This document shows positions 1-8,595 of a stretch of DNA of 64,000 bases, in pieces (position 1 is the first letter of the stretch; every line of letters begins with the position of its first letter). The notes beneath the pieces were generated by a model. It was not told the origin of the DNA. It ran no database searches and saw nothing but the letters and a program-made list of their open reading frames with translations. The DNA comes from Solirubrobacterales bacterium (GTDB lineage Bacteria; Actinomycetota; Thermoleophilia; Solirubrobacterales; 70-9). A program made the position numbers and the translations under genes. Location of the stretch: contig JBIOVP010000064.1 in the NCBI GenBank assembly GCA_044867815.1, positions 549-64,548 of the forward strand. Reading direction: 5' to 3'.

Positions 1-164
1 ACATCACCCGCAAGCACAAGAACCTCGTCTACGTGCAGACGCTGAAGTTCCTGCAGACGACGGGGCGGCCGAAGGCGCCGAAACGGCGGGTGCCGGACGC
101 GAAACCGGTGCGCGGCGGGCGGCCGCGGCGGCGCAAAGAGGGGCGGCGGGCGAGCAAGTCCTGA
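1..164 (+). CDS. 3' end of an unidentified CDS entering from the left edge (partial)
   Basis: Frame open from position 3 (..ITRKHKNLVYVQTLKFLQTTGRPKAPKRR..RRASKS*) with high GC3. The TGA at 162-164 overlaps the ATG of the next gene (TGATG). 53 aa is too short to name a product. Confidence 0.3.
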   Translation, partial: ITRKHKNLVYVQTLKFLQTTGRPKAPKRRVPDAKPVRGGRPRRRKEGRRASKS

Positions 165-823
165 TGCAGACGGACCGTCGCAAAGGAGCCGCGCCCGCCC
201 CGTCAAAGAACGCCCCGATGCGCAGCATCGACGACGAGATCCGAGAGAAGTACCTGGAGCGGGCGATCCGCGAGCTCAACCAGATGAACCGCGAGGTTCA
301 GGAGTGCCAGCACTGCCCCCGCGGCAAGCTGATGCCGGTCCTCGGCTCGGGCCACCCGCAGGCGGACGTCTTCATGCTCAAGCAGGCGCCGCTGGCATCG
401 GAGATCGAGGAGGGGGTGGCCTTCTACGGCCGCTCGGGCAACGCGCTGATGAAGAGCTTCAAGCGCCTCGGCATCGACCCCCTGGTCGTCTACGGCACCC
501 TCTGTGCGAAATGCCCGATCCCCGAGCCCGACCTGGCGGCTGGCGAGTGCGTCGGCCGCCTGGTCGAAGAGCTGGCGATCGTGCAGCCGAAGATCGTCGT
601 CGTCATGGGCGAGCCGGCCCTCCGCATCCTCAACGGCCTCTCCGTTCCCCTCTCCCGCCCGATCGAGCAGCGCGAGGGCGAGATTCAGCCCTTCACCCCC
701 ACCGTCGACGCCCTTTACGTCCCCGACATCGACGAATCCCTGGACGAGGAGGGCGCCAAGCAGCGCTTCTGGCGAGCCTTCAAGCAGCTCGGCGACTGGT
801 ACGACGACCTGCCGCCTTACTGA
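164..823 (+). CDS. Uracil-DNA glycosylase superfamily protein (family 4-like, Fe-S cysteines)
   Basis: 219-aa ORF with ECQHCPRG and LCAKCP cysteine pairs, a GSGHPQADVFMLKQAP motif-A-like segment and VVVMGEPA. The start overlaps the upstream stop. An internal Met at 218 is an alternative start. Confidence 0.75.
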   Translation: MQTDRRKGAAPAPSKNAPMRSIDDEIREKYLERAIRELNQMNREVQECQHCPRGKLMPVLGSGHPQADVFMLKQAPLASEIEEGVAFYGRSGNALMKSFKRLGIDPLVVYGTLCAKCPIPEPDLAAGECVGRLVEELAIVQPKIVVVMGEPALRILNGLSVPLSRPIEQREGEIQPFTPTVDALYVPDIDESLDEEGAKQRFWRAFKQLGDWYDDLPPY

Positions 824-878
824 GGGAGAACACCCGCACCTTCGAGCATATTCGATGGCCTTGCGGAACGGGTCATCT

Positions 879-1223
879 TCATCGGCTCGGAGCCACGGTC
901 ACTTCGGGCGAAGGTTCTGGGGTCGGGGTTGGAGGCGGTTCTTCTTCCACCCCTTCGCTTACTTCAACGGGCGTCACTTCCCCTTCGGTTTCGGGTTCGG
1001 TGGCCACTGAAGTCGTGGTCTGAAGCGGAGGAATCTTCTCCTTCTTGCCCAGGGCCGGCGCAGCCGGGACTGCGGCTCGCGTGACGATGCGATTGGGGAC
1101 GCTTCCAGGTCTGGAGCCGTCATTGCTCGCATCCCCGATTGCTCTGCCGAGAAAAAATCCGGAGATGACAATTCCCACCCCGAGGACGATGAGTTTCAAT
1201 ATGCCCAGTTGTTGCTGCCGCAC
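879..1223 (-). CDS. Hypothetical membrane-anchored Pro/Glu/Thr-rich protein
   Basis: 114 aa with one N-terminal TM helix (LKLIVLGVGIVISGFFLG) followed by a low-complexity PTPEP-type tail. No family recognised; it could be spurious. Confidence 0.4.
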   Translation of the reverse strand: MRQQQLGILKLIVLGVGIVISGFFLGRAIGDASNDGSRPGSVPNRIVTRAAVPAAPALGKKEKIPPLQTTTSVATEPETEGEVTPVEVSEGVEEEPPPTPTPEPSPEVTVAPSR

Positions 1224-1312
1224 GTCGCTTGGCCCTATTTCTCCCTATATCGGCGGACCGTAGCGGAGCATTACGACGGTAGCCGGGGGTTCGAGACTTA
1301 GACTGGCGGCCG

Positions 1313-3076
1313 ATGCTGCCGGCGGGAACGATCATCTCTGACTTCCGCATCGAAGATTTGCTGGGAGAGGGCGGGATGGCCACTGTGTACGAAGCGCACC
1401 AGGTCTCTCTCGACCGTACGGTTGCGCTCAAGGTTCTGGCGGCGAGGTTGGGCGATGATCCGGACTTCCAGGAGCGTTTCCGACGAGAGTGTCAGATCCA
1501 GGCACGCCTCGATCATCCGCACATCGTTCCGATACACGCGGCCGGCAATAGCCAGTACGGGCTTTGGCTGGCGATGCGGTTGGTGAGGGGGCCGACGCTG
1601 CGTGAGCTCCTGCTCGCGGAGCCTCTTCCGCCTGCCCGGGCACTCATCCTGCTCGCACCGGTCGCCGCCGCCTTGGATGTCGCCCACGACAGCGGCCTCA
1701 TCCATCGCGACATTACGCCCCAGAACATCTTGATCGAGCGAAACGAGCACCCTTTCCTCTCTGATTTCGGGATTACCAGAGGAAGGGGTGACCGAAGCCT
1801 GACCCAAACCGGCCAGTTCCTGGGGACGCTCGACTACGTCGCCCCGGAGCAGATTCGCGACGAGCCGATTACCACGACCGCCGACATCTACTCCTTCGGC
1901 GCCGTCCTCTTCGAGTGCTTGGCTGGCCGTGTCCCGTTCGAAAAGAAGACCGACACGGCGCTCATGTGGGCCCACGTGCACGAGGAGCCGCCCCTGGTCA
2001 GCCAGGTCAACCCTTCGCTGCCGAAAGCCCTCGACCCGGTGCTCGGAAAAGCTTTGACGAAGCTTCCCGGAGATCGCTACGCGAGGGCGTCGGATCTGAT
2101 CGCCGATGCGACGAAAGCCCTCAGTCCCCCTCCGAACCGGCGCCCTCCTCCCCCTGAGGAAGAAGAGGGACGCTCCCTCCGTCTTGTCGCTCTGATCTCG
2201 AGCCTGGCCGTTGGGCTCGCCGCGCTCGTCTTCGGCGCGATGAGCATCGGCAGCGCCGACACGACGGATACGCGCCGGGTGGTGGCGGGAGACTTGGCGG
2301 TGGAAATTCCCCGCGACTGGACGGTTTCGAAGGTCCGGCAGAGCCCGATCGTGGGCCTGCCTCTCGAGGACCCAGCGGTCCTCAGCGCGGGGCAGGGTCA
2401 GACCGTGACGATCGGGATGTCGGGGGCGACCGGAAAGAGCCTGCTCCCCCCCGGCCTTCCACCGCCCGCGGCCCCGGATGGCGAACCCGTCGCCCTGGGC
2501 GAGCTGGAGGCACTGCGCTATTCCGATCTCCCGACCGAAGGTTCCAGCCCCGGCATGGGCGTCTTCGTCGTGCCCAAGGAGGGCGGTGTGGCCACCGTCG
2601 CCTGTCGGCCTGGCGCTCAGGGCCCAAGCTTCTTCGATGCGTGCCAGCGAATCGCCTCCACGCTCGAGCTGGTCGAGGGCCGGGCCTATCCGCTTGGGCC
2701 TTCGCCCGCCTTCGCCCGGGCGTTGCGCCGCCAGCTGACGATCTTGGATCGGCGCCGTTCCAAGTTGACGAAGAGGCTGGACGCTGCCGAGACCGCCGAC
2801 GAGCAAGCCGCGGTGGCATCGGGTCTGAAGGCCGCCTTCCGGCGTGCGGCCCGGGGTCTCTCCTTCCACATCACGCCACAGAGCGCCGCTGGTCAAGCAT
2901 CCGTCGTCGGTGGGCTGCGCGCTGTGCGGTCTGCTTACGCAGAGCTGGCAGCTGCCGCCACCCGGGAAGATGCAGATGGATATGCGAATGCGGCTCGGAT
3001 TGTGAAGCGGACCGAAGAGCGGCTTGACCGTCGCCTACGCTCGCTCGAGCGTCTTGGCTACAGGGTGGTGGGGTAG
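1313..3076 (+). CDS. Transmembrane Ser/Thr protein kinase (Hanks type)
   Basis: Contains GEGGMATVY..ALKVL, HRDITPQNIL, SDFG and YVAPE motifs. These are followed by a Pro-rich linker, a TM helix (LVALISSLAVGLAALVFGAM) and an extracytoplasmic C-terminal domain. Confidence 0.92.
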   Translation: MLPAGTIISDFRIEDLLGEGGMATVYEAHQVSLDRTVALKVLAARLGDDPDFQERFRRECQIQARLDHPHIVPIHAAGNSQYGLWLAMRLVRGPTLRELLLAEPLPPARALILLAPVAAALDVAHDSGLIHRDITPQNILIERNEHPFLSDFGITRGRGDRSLTQTGQFLGTLDYVAPEQIRDEPITTTADIYSFGAVLFECLAGRVPFEKKTDTALMWAHVHEEPPLVSQVNPSLPKALDPVLGKALTKLPGDRYARASDLIADATKALSPPPNRRPPPPEEEEGRSLRLVALISSLAVGLAALVFGAMSIGSADTTDTRRVVAGDLAVEIPRDWTVSKVRQSPIVGLPLEDPAVLSAGQGQTVTIGMSGATGKSLLPPGLPPPAAPDGEPVALGELEALRYSDLPTEGSSPGMGVFVVPKEGGVATVACRPGAQGPSFFDACQRIASTLELVEGRAYPLGPSPAFARALRRQLTILDRRRSKLTKRLDAAETADEQAAVASGLKAAFRRAARGLSFHITPQSAAGQASVVGGLRAVRSAYAELAAAATREDADGYANAARIVKRTEERLDRRLRSLERLGYRVVG

Positions 3077-3078
3077 TT

Positions 3079-3660
3079 GTGAGCGCGCCGACGCCGAAGA
3101 TCTGGGTCCACAAACCGGGCGGTGGGCCCCGTTCGAAGCCGATCGGGGATGCGCTGCTGATCGGGCGCGGGGATCACTGCGACCTGGTTCTCGACGACGA
3201 CACGGTCTCCAATGACCATCTAGAGGTGACGTGTCGGGGCAGCACTTATCTGGTCGCCGATCTCGGCAGCAGAAACGGCACGCTCCTCAACGGGAGCGTG
3301 CTGGACAAGCCGACCCGCCTTAGCCCTGGCGACGTCCTCCAGGTGGGTCCCTTCCGGCTGGAGGCTGACCTGCCGAAGACCGTGCGCACGCGGCCGCGAA
3401 AGGCGATTCCGGTCAGCCTGACCGAAGAGGAGCGGGAGGTTGCTCGCGCCCTCGTCGCTCTCTACCGAGAGGAGGACACCTTTGCCGCTCGCCCGGCGAC
3501 CAAGAGGGAGATCGCCGAGCGCCTGCACGTCAGCGAGAGCACGGCCCAGCGCCGCCTGCGTAACTTGGCCGGAAAGCTCGGGGTGTCTGACGCCCCGCGT
3601 GGGGATCGAGCCCGCCAGATCGCTGACCGGGTGATTGCCCTCGGCCTCGATCAGTCCTGA
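3079..3660 (+). CDS. FHA-domain protein with C-terminal HTH-like segment
   Basis: GTG start lies 3 nt after the kinase stop. FHA signature LLIGRGDHCDLVLDDDTVSNDHLEV..GSRNGTLLNG; C-terminal TKREIAERLHVSESTAQRRLRNL. Confidence 0.85.
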   Translation: MSAPTPKIWVHKPGGGPRSKPIGDALLIGRGDHCDLVLDDDTVSNDHLEVTCRGSTYLVADLGSRNGTLLNGSVLDKPTRLSPGDVLQVGPFRLEADLPKTVRTRPRKAIPVSLTEEEREVARALVALYREEDTFAARPATKREIAERLHVSESTAQRRLRNLAGKLGVSDAPRGDRARQIADRVIALGLDQS

Positions 3661-4535
3661 GTGCGAGCGCGGCGTTCGGCGGTCGCGGGCGTGCCCGGCG
3701 AGCAGGGCTGTGACTTCACACAGAGGATCGCAACTGGTGGGTTCGGTGCTGCGGTGGTGCAACTCAAGGACCCGGGAAACGAGTCCTTCCGTACGGCCGC
3801 GGTCGTGCAGGCAGCGGCGCCACTTCGATGGGAATGGACGACACCGGTTCGCCGGTTGCGCGTTAGCCATATGTGAGCCAGGCGTCCTCGCACCTCGACG
3901 CCGTGTCTCAAGGTTTTCCGTGCCGGGGCGACCTCGACGGCAATCTCGGTCCGCCTTCCGACGTTGACGGCCAATCCCCGGGGGAACCTGTAGACGCGCT
4001 TGGCAGTGTTCTTCTGGCGAAGTCTCAGGGGCAGGGAGCGCACCCCCGTGTTGGAATCGCGGGGGAAGCTCCAGGCTCTGACCACCCGGCCGGGCGCAAC
4101 GCGTGAGACGACCAGCCCGACAACCTGCGCGGTGCCGGCGACGACCAGTGCCGAGACACGGGGCGCTCGCACCTGGGGCAGCCGGTAAATCTGAATGCCT
4201 CCACCGTTCATCTGGAAACCGCAGCAGCCGGCCATTGCGGCTTCGCTTTTCCATTTGTACGGCCCTGGTTTCAGGTCCCCGGTTGGGATCGAGAACCGAA
4301 ACGGAGGTTCCAGGTCGATCATCTTCTCCATCTTCTGCAGGTGGAGGGTCATGCGGGCCGCGGTCGGCGGAGCAGAGATTTCCAATTCGATGGTTTGACC
4401 CCTCACGGCGCTGGGGTGGAACGCACCCCTGACTGCTCCAGCGGCGGTTCGATCGACGCCAACGATTTGCAGCAGCACCGCCGCTGTCACTACGGCGATC
4501 GCCATCCCCAACCGAGTTCCCCGCTGCGAGCCCAT
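3651..4535 (-). CDS. Secreted/membrane-anchored hypothetical protein
   Basis: 294 aa with an N-terminal hydrophobic signal (LGMAIAVVTAAVLLQIV). GC is visibly lower than in the flanks and no domain is recognised. Its end overlaps the FHA gene end convergently by 10 nt. Confidence 0.5.
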   Translation of the reverse strand: MGSQRGTRLGMAIAVVTAAVLLQIVGVDRTAAGAVRGAFHPSAVRGQTIELEISAPPTAARMTLHLQKMEKMIDLEPPFRFSIPTGDLKPGPYKWKSEAAMAGCCGFQMNGGGIQIYRLPQVRAPRVSALVVAGTAQVVGLVVSRVAPGRVVRAWSFPRDSNTGVRSLPLRLRQKNTAKRVYRFPRGLAVNVGRRTEIAVEVAPARKTLRHGVEVRGRLAHIWLTRNRRTGVVHSHRSGAAACTTAAVRKDSFPGSLSCTTAAPNPPVAILCVKSQPCSPGTPATAERRARTQD

Positions 4536-4673
4536 AGCAGCCTGAAGCTAACCAGACCGCCGTGATCCGTGAAGGTTCAAAGTTGACTTCGGACGGTTCC
4601 TTTCAGCGCCTGGTGAGGTTGAGGTCTTCGCCCATGCTGGCACTCCAACTCACAACCAAGGAGGCCAGGAAAG

Positions 4674-4820
4674 ATGAAGGGAAGTGAAAGCGGTTCGATC
4701 GCTTGGTGGGCGATACTCGCCGTTATTGCAGTGCTGATCGGATCGAGTGGTCCTCCGGGTGGCCGGATCTGTCTCGAGCCGGAGACTGCATGGGTCGGTG
4801 AGCCGACCCATGTGCGCTAG
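4674..4820 (+). CDS. Possible 48-aa small membrane protein
   Basis: AAGGAGG lies 7-8 nt upstream of the ATG. Sequence is MKGSESGSIAWWAILAVIAVLIGSSGPPGG.., with one TM helix. It sits in an otherwise unassigned 500-bp gap and is below the ORF-track size cutoff. Confidence 0.3.
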   Translation: MKGSESGSIAWWAILAVIAVLIGSSGPPGGRICLEPETAWVGEPTHVR

Positions 4821-5044
4821 CTCGTGGCTTCGGCGGGATCCGGGCTACGGTCCGGGTCCCGCCGTTAGTGGGGCGGACCACCTTTGCGCGGGGTGTCGCT
4901 CGGGTGGCCGGCGTGCTTGGCGGGGTTCCTCCCGGTAGGTCGGCGGTTGGTGACTTGTAGCCCCTATAGGGGCCCTAACTCACCAATCGCTTGACGTCGC
5001 CGAGATTTTGGGGGCTAATAGGGACCCAAAGTTCGGAAGGTGTG

Positions 5045-5833
5045 TCAGGTGGAGGGGGCGGCGGCCTCGGCGAGGGCGGTCATCGGGTCGACCTTGGCGG
5101 AGGCGAGGCCGCGGACGACGATGGTGTCGAGGGGACCTTCGTAGGCGCTGAGCTGCTGTTGGGCGTTGTCGCTGTCGGGGGCGGCGACGCCGACGGTGCC
5201 CTCGGGCTCGGCGAGGCGATCGAAGTGGTCGCGGTAGCCCTTGTGGAGGTCGCGGTAGAAGGATTCCTCCTTGGCGAGGCGGTCGGCGGCGTCGGGGCCG
5301 ACGGCGGTGCGGACGTAGCCGAAGACGGGAGGGGTGGGACGGTCGGCTGCGGTGGCGCCGGCTTCGACCTTCTCGCGGGCGCCGGCGGCGAAGCCGGGGG
5401 TCATCCAGTTGAAGAAGACGCCGTCGTAGGAGCCGCCGGCGAGTTCGCACATCTTCGGCCCCATCGCGGCAAGGACGAGTTCCACCCCGGGCAGCAGCTC
5501 ACGCAGCTCCGGCAACGCCTCTCGCATCTTCGTCAGCGGCTTCTTCGTGAAGCCGGCGCCGACGCCGAGCCAGAGCTTCGCCGGGTCGATGCCGAACTCC
5601 TCGATGTCGGCGGCGATCTGCTCGGGCGGGGTGCGGTCGAGGGCGATCACTGCGACGCCGAGCCCGACCCCGGGCGCCGCGGCGGCAAACTCGGCCAGCG
5701 TCCCCAGGCCTTTCGCACCGGGGTGGTCGTTGGACCAGATCGAGCCGTAGCCGAGCTCGGCGCAGCGGGCGGCCAGTGGCCGCGCCACCTCCGGGTCCAG
5801 TCCCGCCGCAACTCCGAACGCCCTACTCGCCAT
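5045..5833 (-). CDS. Luciferase-like (LLM class) F420/flavin-dependent oxidoreductase
   Basis: Has the ELGYGSIWSNDH motif and LLM-sized TIM-barrel length. Start is set at Met-9 of the 270-aa ORF. It overlaps the stop of the upstream methyltransferase gene by 11 nt. Confidence 0.78.
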   Translation of the reverse strand: MASRAFGVAAGLDPEVARPLAARCAELGYGSIWSNDHPGAKGLGTLAEFAAAAPGVGLGVAVIALDRTPPEQIAADIEEFGIDPAKLWLGVGAGFTKKPLTKMREALPELRELLPGVELVLAAMGPKMCELAGGSYDGVFFNWMTPGFAAGAREKVEAGATAADRPTPPVFGYVRTAVGPDAADRLAKEESFYRDLHKGYRDHFDRLAEPEGTVGVAAPDSDNAQQQLSAYEGPLDTIVVRGLASAKVDPMTALAEAAAPST

Positions 5834-7061
5834 GGGTCTTTGACTCCTCCGCTTCACGTTTGGCGGCGGCTACCCGTTTGGGATCGCGTTCGAAGAGCGC
5901 GACGCACTCGATGTGCGGGGTCTGGGGGAACATGTCGACCGGCCTCACGCACGCCAATCTATAACCGGCCTCTCCCAGCTGGGCGGCGTTGGGGGCGAGC
6001 GTGGTCGGGTTGCAGGAGACGTAGACGATCTTCTTCGCCTCGCACTCGAGCACGCGGCGGACGATTTTCTGCGAGAGCCCGGCCCGCGGCGGGTCGACGA
6101 CGACGACGTCGGGCCTGCCGGCCTTCTCGACCAGCGGCCGCACCCCGGTGCGCGCGTTCCCGGCCATGAAGTGGGCGTTCTCGATCCTGTTGCGGCGGGC
6201 GTTGCGCTCGGCGTCTTCGATCGCCTCGGGGACGATCTCCAGGCCCCAGACCTCGCCGGCCTGCCCGGCCATCGTCAGCCCGATCGTGCCGATCCCGCAG
6301 AAGAGGTCGAAGACGCGCTCGCGCCCGCTCAGCCCGGCGTACTCGGCGGCGACCGCGTAGAGCCTTTCGGCCATCTCGGTGTTGGTCTGGAAGAAGGCGC
6401 CGTGGGACATCTCCAGCCGCAGGCCGCAGAGCTCCTCCCGCAGCCGCTCCTCGCCCAGCACCCCGGTAGGGCCGTCGCTGCTGCCGGCGTTGCCCTCGAC
6501 GATCGTGTGCAGGTCGACCGGTGGTCGCGGGAAGCGCGCTTTCACCGTCACCAGGCGGGTCTGGACCTGGCCGGTGCGGCGCCCCTCGCGGACCGCGAGG
6601 TTGCGGAGGACGCCGCGGCCGGCGCGGCGGTCGTAGGCCGGGATCGCCTCCGCCCGCCCCCACCCGCGCACCGCGTTTCGCGCCTCGTTGCCCGCCGCGG
6701 TCCCGAGGTGGCAGTCGTCGACGTCGACGATCAGGTCCCAGCGGCCGCGGGCGTGGAAGCCGAGCGCCAGCTCGTCATCCGTTTCGCCGAACGAGTATTC
6801 GAGCTTGTTGCGGTAGCGCCACTGCTCCACCGCCGGCACGATCTCCTCCAGCTCGTAGCCCGCGAGGCCGCCGATCCGGTTCAGCGCGTCGCCGACCTGC
6901 TCCTGCTTGTAGGCGAGCTGGCGCTCGTAGGGGAGGCCCTGCCAGGGTGCGCCCGGACAGGCCTCGCCGCCGTGGACGCAGACGTCGGGCAGGCGGTCGG
7001 CGCCGGCCTCGACGACCTCGACGGTCCGCGCCTCGGCGAAACGCTTCTTCGCCTTCGTCAC
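5823..7061 (-). CDS. 23S rRNA/tRNA (uracil-5)-methyltransferase, RumA/TrmA family
   Basis: Contains FFQTNTEMAERLY, DLFCGIGTIGL (SAM motif I), VVVDPPRAGL and YVSCNPTTLAPN. A TRAM-like N-terminal segment (ELEIDSLAFGGRGISRRDGFVVFVTGALPGDRVRAEV) continues in frame upstream to about 7190. The true start is therefore probably upstream of the GTG at 7061. Confidence 0.85.
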   Translation of the reverse strand: MTKAKKRFAEARTVEVVEAGADRLPDVCVHGGEACPGAPWQGLPYERQLAYKQEQVGDALNRIGGLAGYELEEIVPAVEQWRYRNKLEYSFGETDDELALGFHARGRWDLIVDVDDCHLGTAAGNEARNAVRGWGRAEAIPAYDRRAGRGVLRNLAVREGRRTGQVQTRLVTVKARFPRPPVDLHTIVEGNAGSSDGPTGVLGEERLREELCGLRLEMSHGAFFQTNTEMAERLYAVAAEYAGLSGRERVFDLFCGIGTIGLTMAGQAGEVWGLEIVPEAIEDAERNARRNRIENAHFMAGNARTGVRPLVEKAGRPDVVVVDPPRAGLSQKIVRRVLECEAKKIVYVSCNPTTLAPNAAQLGEAGYRLACVRPVDMFPQTPHIECVALFERDPKRVAAAKREAEESKTHGE

Positions 7062-7186
7062 CTCGGCGCGGACCCGGTCCCCCGGCAGCGCCCCGGTGAC
7101 GAAGACGACGAAGCCGTCGCGGCGGGAGATCCCCCGCCCGCCGAAGGCGAGCGAGTCGATCTCCAGCTCGAGTTGCTCCCCCCGCT

Positions 7187-7651
7187 TTATGGCAGGGCTT
7201 TGCGCGCCTGTTTGACCAGCCGCTCGAGTTCTTTGATCAGCGAGTCGCGCTGTTTCCTGCCTTTTTTCACCAGGTCGGTGAGCAGTTTCTCGGCGTCGCT
7301 GCGGGTCATCCGGCCGCGTTTGACGGCGTCGTCGACGACGTCCTGGATGCGGTCGCGGCTCAGGGTCACGCTCTGCTCGAGGCTCTCGCGGAACTGGGCG
7401 ACGCTCTTGTCTAGCCCGCTCGTCGCTTTGCTGGAGGCTTTCCGTTTCGGGCTGCTTTTTTTGGCAGAGCCGTTTTTCGAAGCTTTGGTGCTTTTTTTGG
7501 TGCCTTTGGACGCTGCTTTTTTGGCTTTGGTCGCTTTGCCTTTGGCTTTCGATTTCGTCGATTTGGCCGCTTTCGACGTTTTCGATTTCGCGCCGGCTTT
7601 CGCTTTGCTTTTTTTGCTGCTGGATTTGCCGGTCGCTTTTTTGTCCGCCAT
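7187..7651 (-). CDS. Lys/Ala/Ser-rich histone-H1-like N-terminus fused to a phasin/COG3937-like helical C-terminal domain
   Basis: 154 aa. The first ~75 aa are KKxxKAK-type repeats. The C-terminus is VTLSRDRIQDVVDDAVKRGRMTRSDAEKLLTDLVKKGRKQRDSLIKELERLV. Confidence 0.75.
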   Translation of the reverse strand: MADKKATGKSSSKKSKAKAGAKSKTSKAAKSTKSKAKGKATKAKKAASKGTKKSTKASKNGSAKKSSPKRKASSKATSGLDKSVAQFRESLEQSVTLSRDRIQDVVDDAVKRGRMTRSDAEKLLTDLVKKGRKQRDSLIKELERLVKQARKALP

Positions 7652-7700
7652 CTAGGTGTGCCTCCGTTGTCGGTTGTCCCGCTGGTGGGACCCGACTATC

Positions 7701-8540
7701 TCAATTCCGCAGGAGGTCTGGCTCGGCGGCGCGGAACCGTGCCTGCACGGGTGCATGGTCGGAGAGCCGCAGCGCCCGTCCCGCGCACGGCAGCTCGCGC
7801 TGCTCGGGCGGCCAGCGGGTCGGCTGTTCGATCACCTCGAGGCCGCGGCAGAGGATGTGGTCGATCGCGTCCGGCGCGGTCGGCGGCGCCAGCCCGAACT
7901 CGTCCTCCAACTGCTCGAAGACCCGCGGGTTCCTGCCGGGACGGAGGTTGAGGTCGCCGCCGAAGATCAGCGGCGCGCCGGCGGCCCAGGCGAGCGCGGC
8001 CCGCGCCGCCGTCTCCACATCCTCGGCCGCCAGCCGCGGCCAGTCGTTGGTCGCGTGCAGGTTGGCGACGCAGAGGCCGGAGGCGGTGCGGACGAAGCCC
8101 ATCGCCCGGCGCTCGGGCTCGCCTTCGTGGATTGCCATCTCGCGCCGCTCGGCGATGCCGCCGAGCTTGCCGGGCACCCGCACGAGGATCAGGTTCGAGC
8201 CGCCCTCGCCGGAGGCCATCAGGTCCGGATTCTGCCGTGCCAGCAGGCCGCGCAGAGCGCCGAACCCGTTGCGCGAGGTCAGCGTCCGGTGCCACTCGGC
8301 CCGGCAGGCGCGCGCCAGCGGCTCGGCGAAGCGGGGCGGGCACTCCTGCAGCATCGCCACGTCCCACTGGGCCCGCGAGAGCAGCGTCGCGAACTCCTCG
8401 GTGAGGTCGCGGTTGACCTGGACGTGGGTCGCGTTCCGCTCCTCCAGGCGCAGCAGCCGCGAGCGCCAGGTGCGCAGCGCCCGGTCGGGCGGGAAGTCGC
8501 GCCCGTGGAAGAGGTTCCAGCTCAGTGCGGTCAGCTCCAT
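7701..8540 (-). CDS. Endonuclease/exonuclease/phosphatase (EEP) family protein
   Basis: Start set at MELTALSWNLFHGRD (ATG 8540). Contains GGDLNLRPG and LSDHAPV motifs. The longer 384-aa ORF prefix is Ser/Pro-rich off-frame-looking sequence overlapping argF. Confidence 0.8.
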   Translation of the reverse strand: MELTALSWNLFHGRDFPPDRALRTWRSRLLRLEERNATHVQVNRDLTEEFATLLSRAQWDVAMLQECPPRFAEPLARACRAEWHRTLTSRNGFGALRGLLARQNPDLMASGEGGSNLILVRVPGKLGGIAERREMAIHEGEPERRAMGFVRTASGLCVANLHATNDWPRLAAEDVETAARAALAWAAGAPLIFGGDLNLRPGRNPRVFEQLEDEFGLAPPTAPDAIDHILCRGLEVIEQPTRWPPEQRELPCAGRALRLSDHAPVQARFRAAEPDLLRN

Positions 8541-8595
8541 GCGGCGTAGTATCCGCAAGCTTGTTGATCGCGAAGCGAAGCGGAGCGCACTCTTG

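Noticed and set aside
1298-2896. 532-aa minus-strand ORF opposite the Ser/Thr kinase
   Set aside because: It has shadow-ORF composition (R/G/P/A-rich, no motifs), whereas the plus strand carries complete Hanks kinase motifs.
4955-4980. Palindrome GCCCCTATAGGGGC downstream of the LLM gene as a terminator
   Set aside because: It has only a 5-6-bp stem and no U-tract on either strand. That is too weak to call.
5913-7655. 580-aa plus-strand ORF over the methyltransferase and Lys-rich genes
   Set aside because: It is antisense to two genes with clear signatures, and its translation is low-complexity (A/G/L/D/R-rich).
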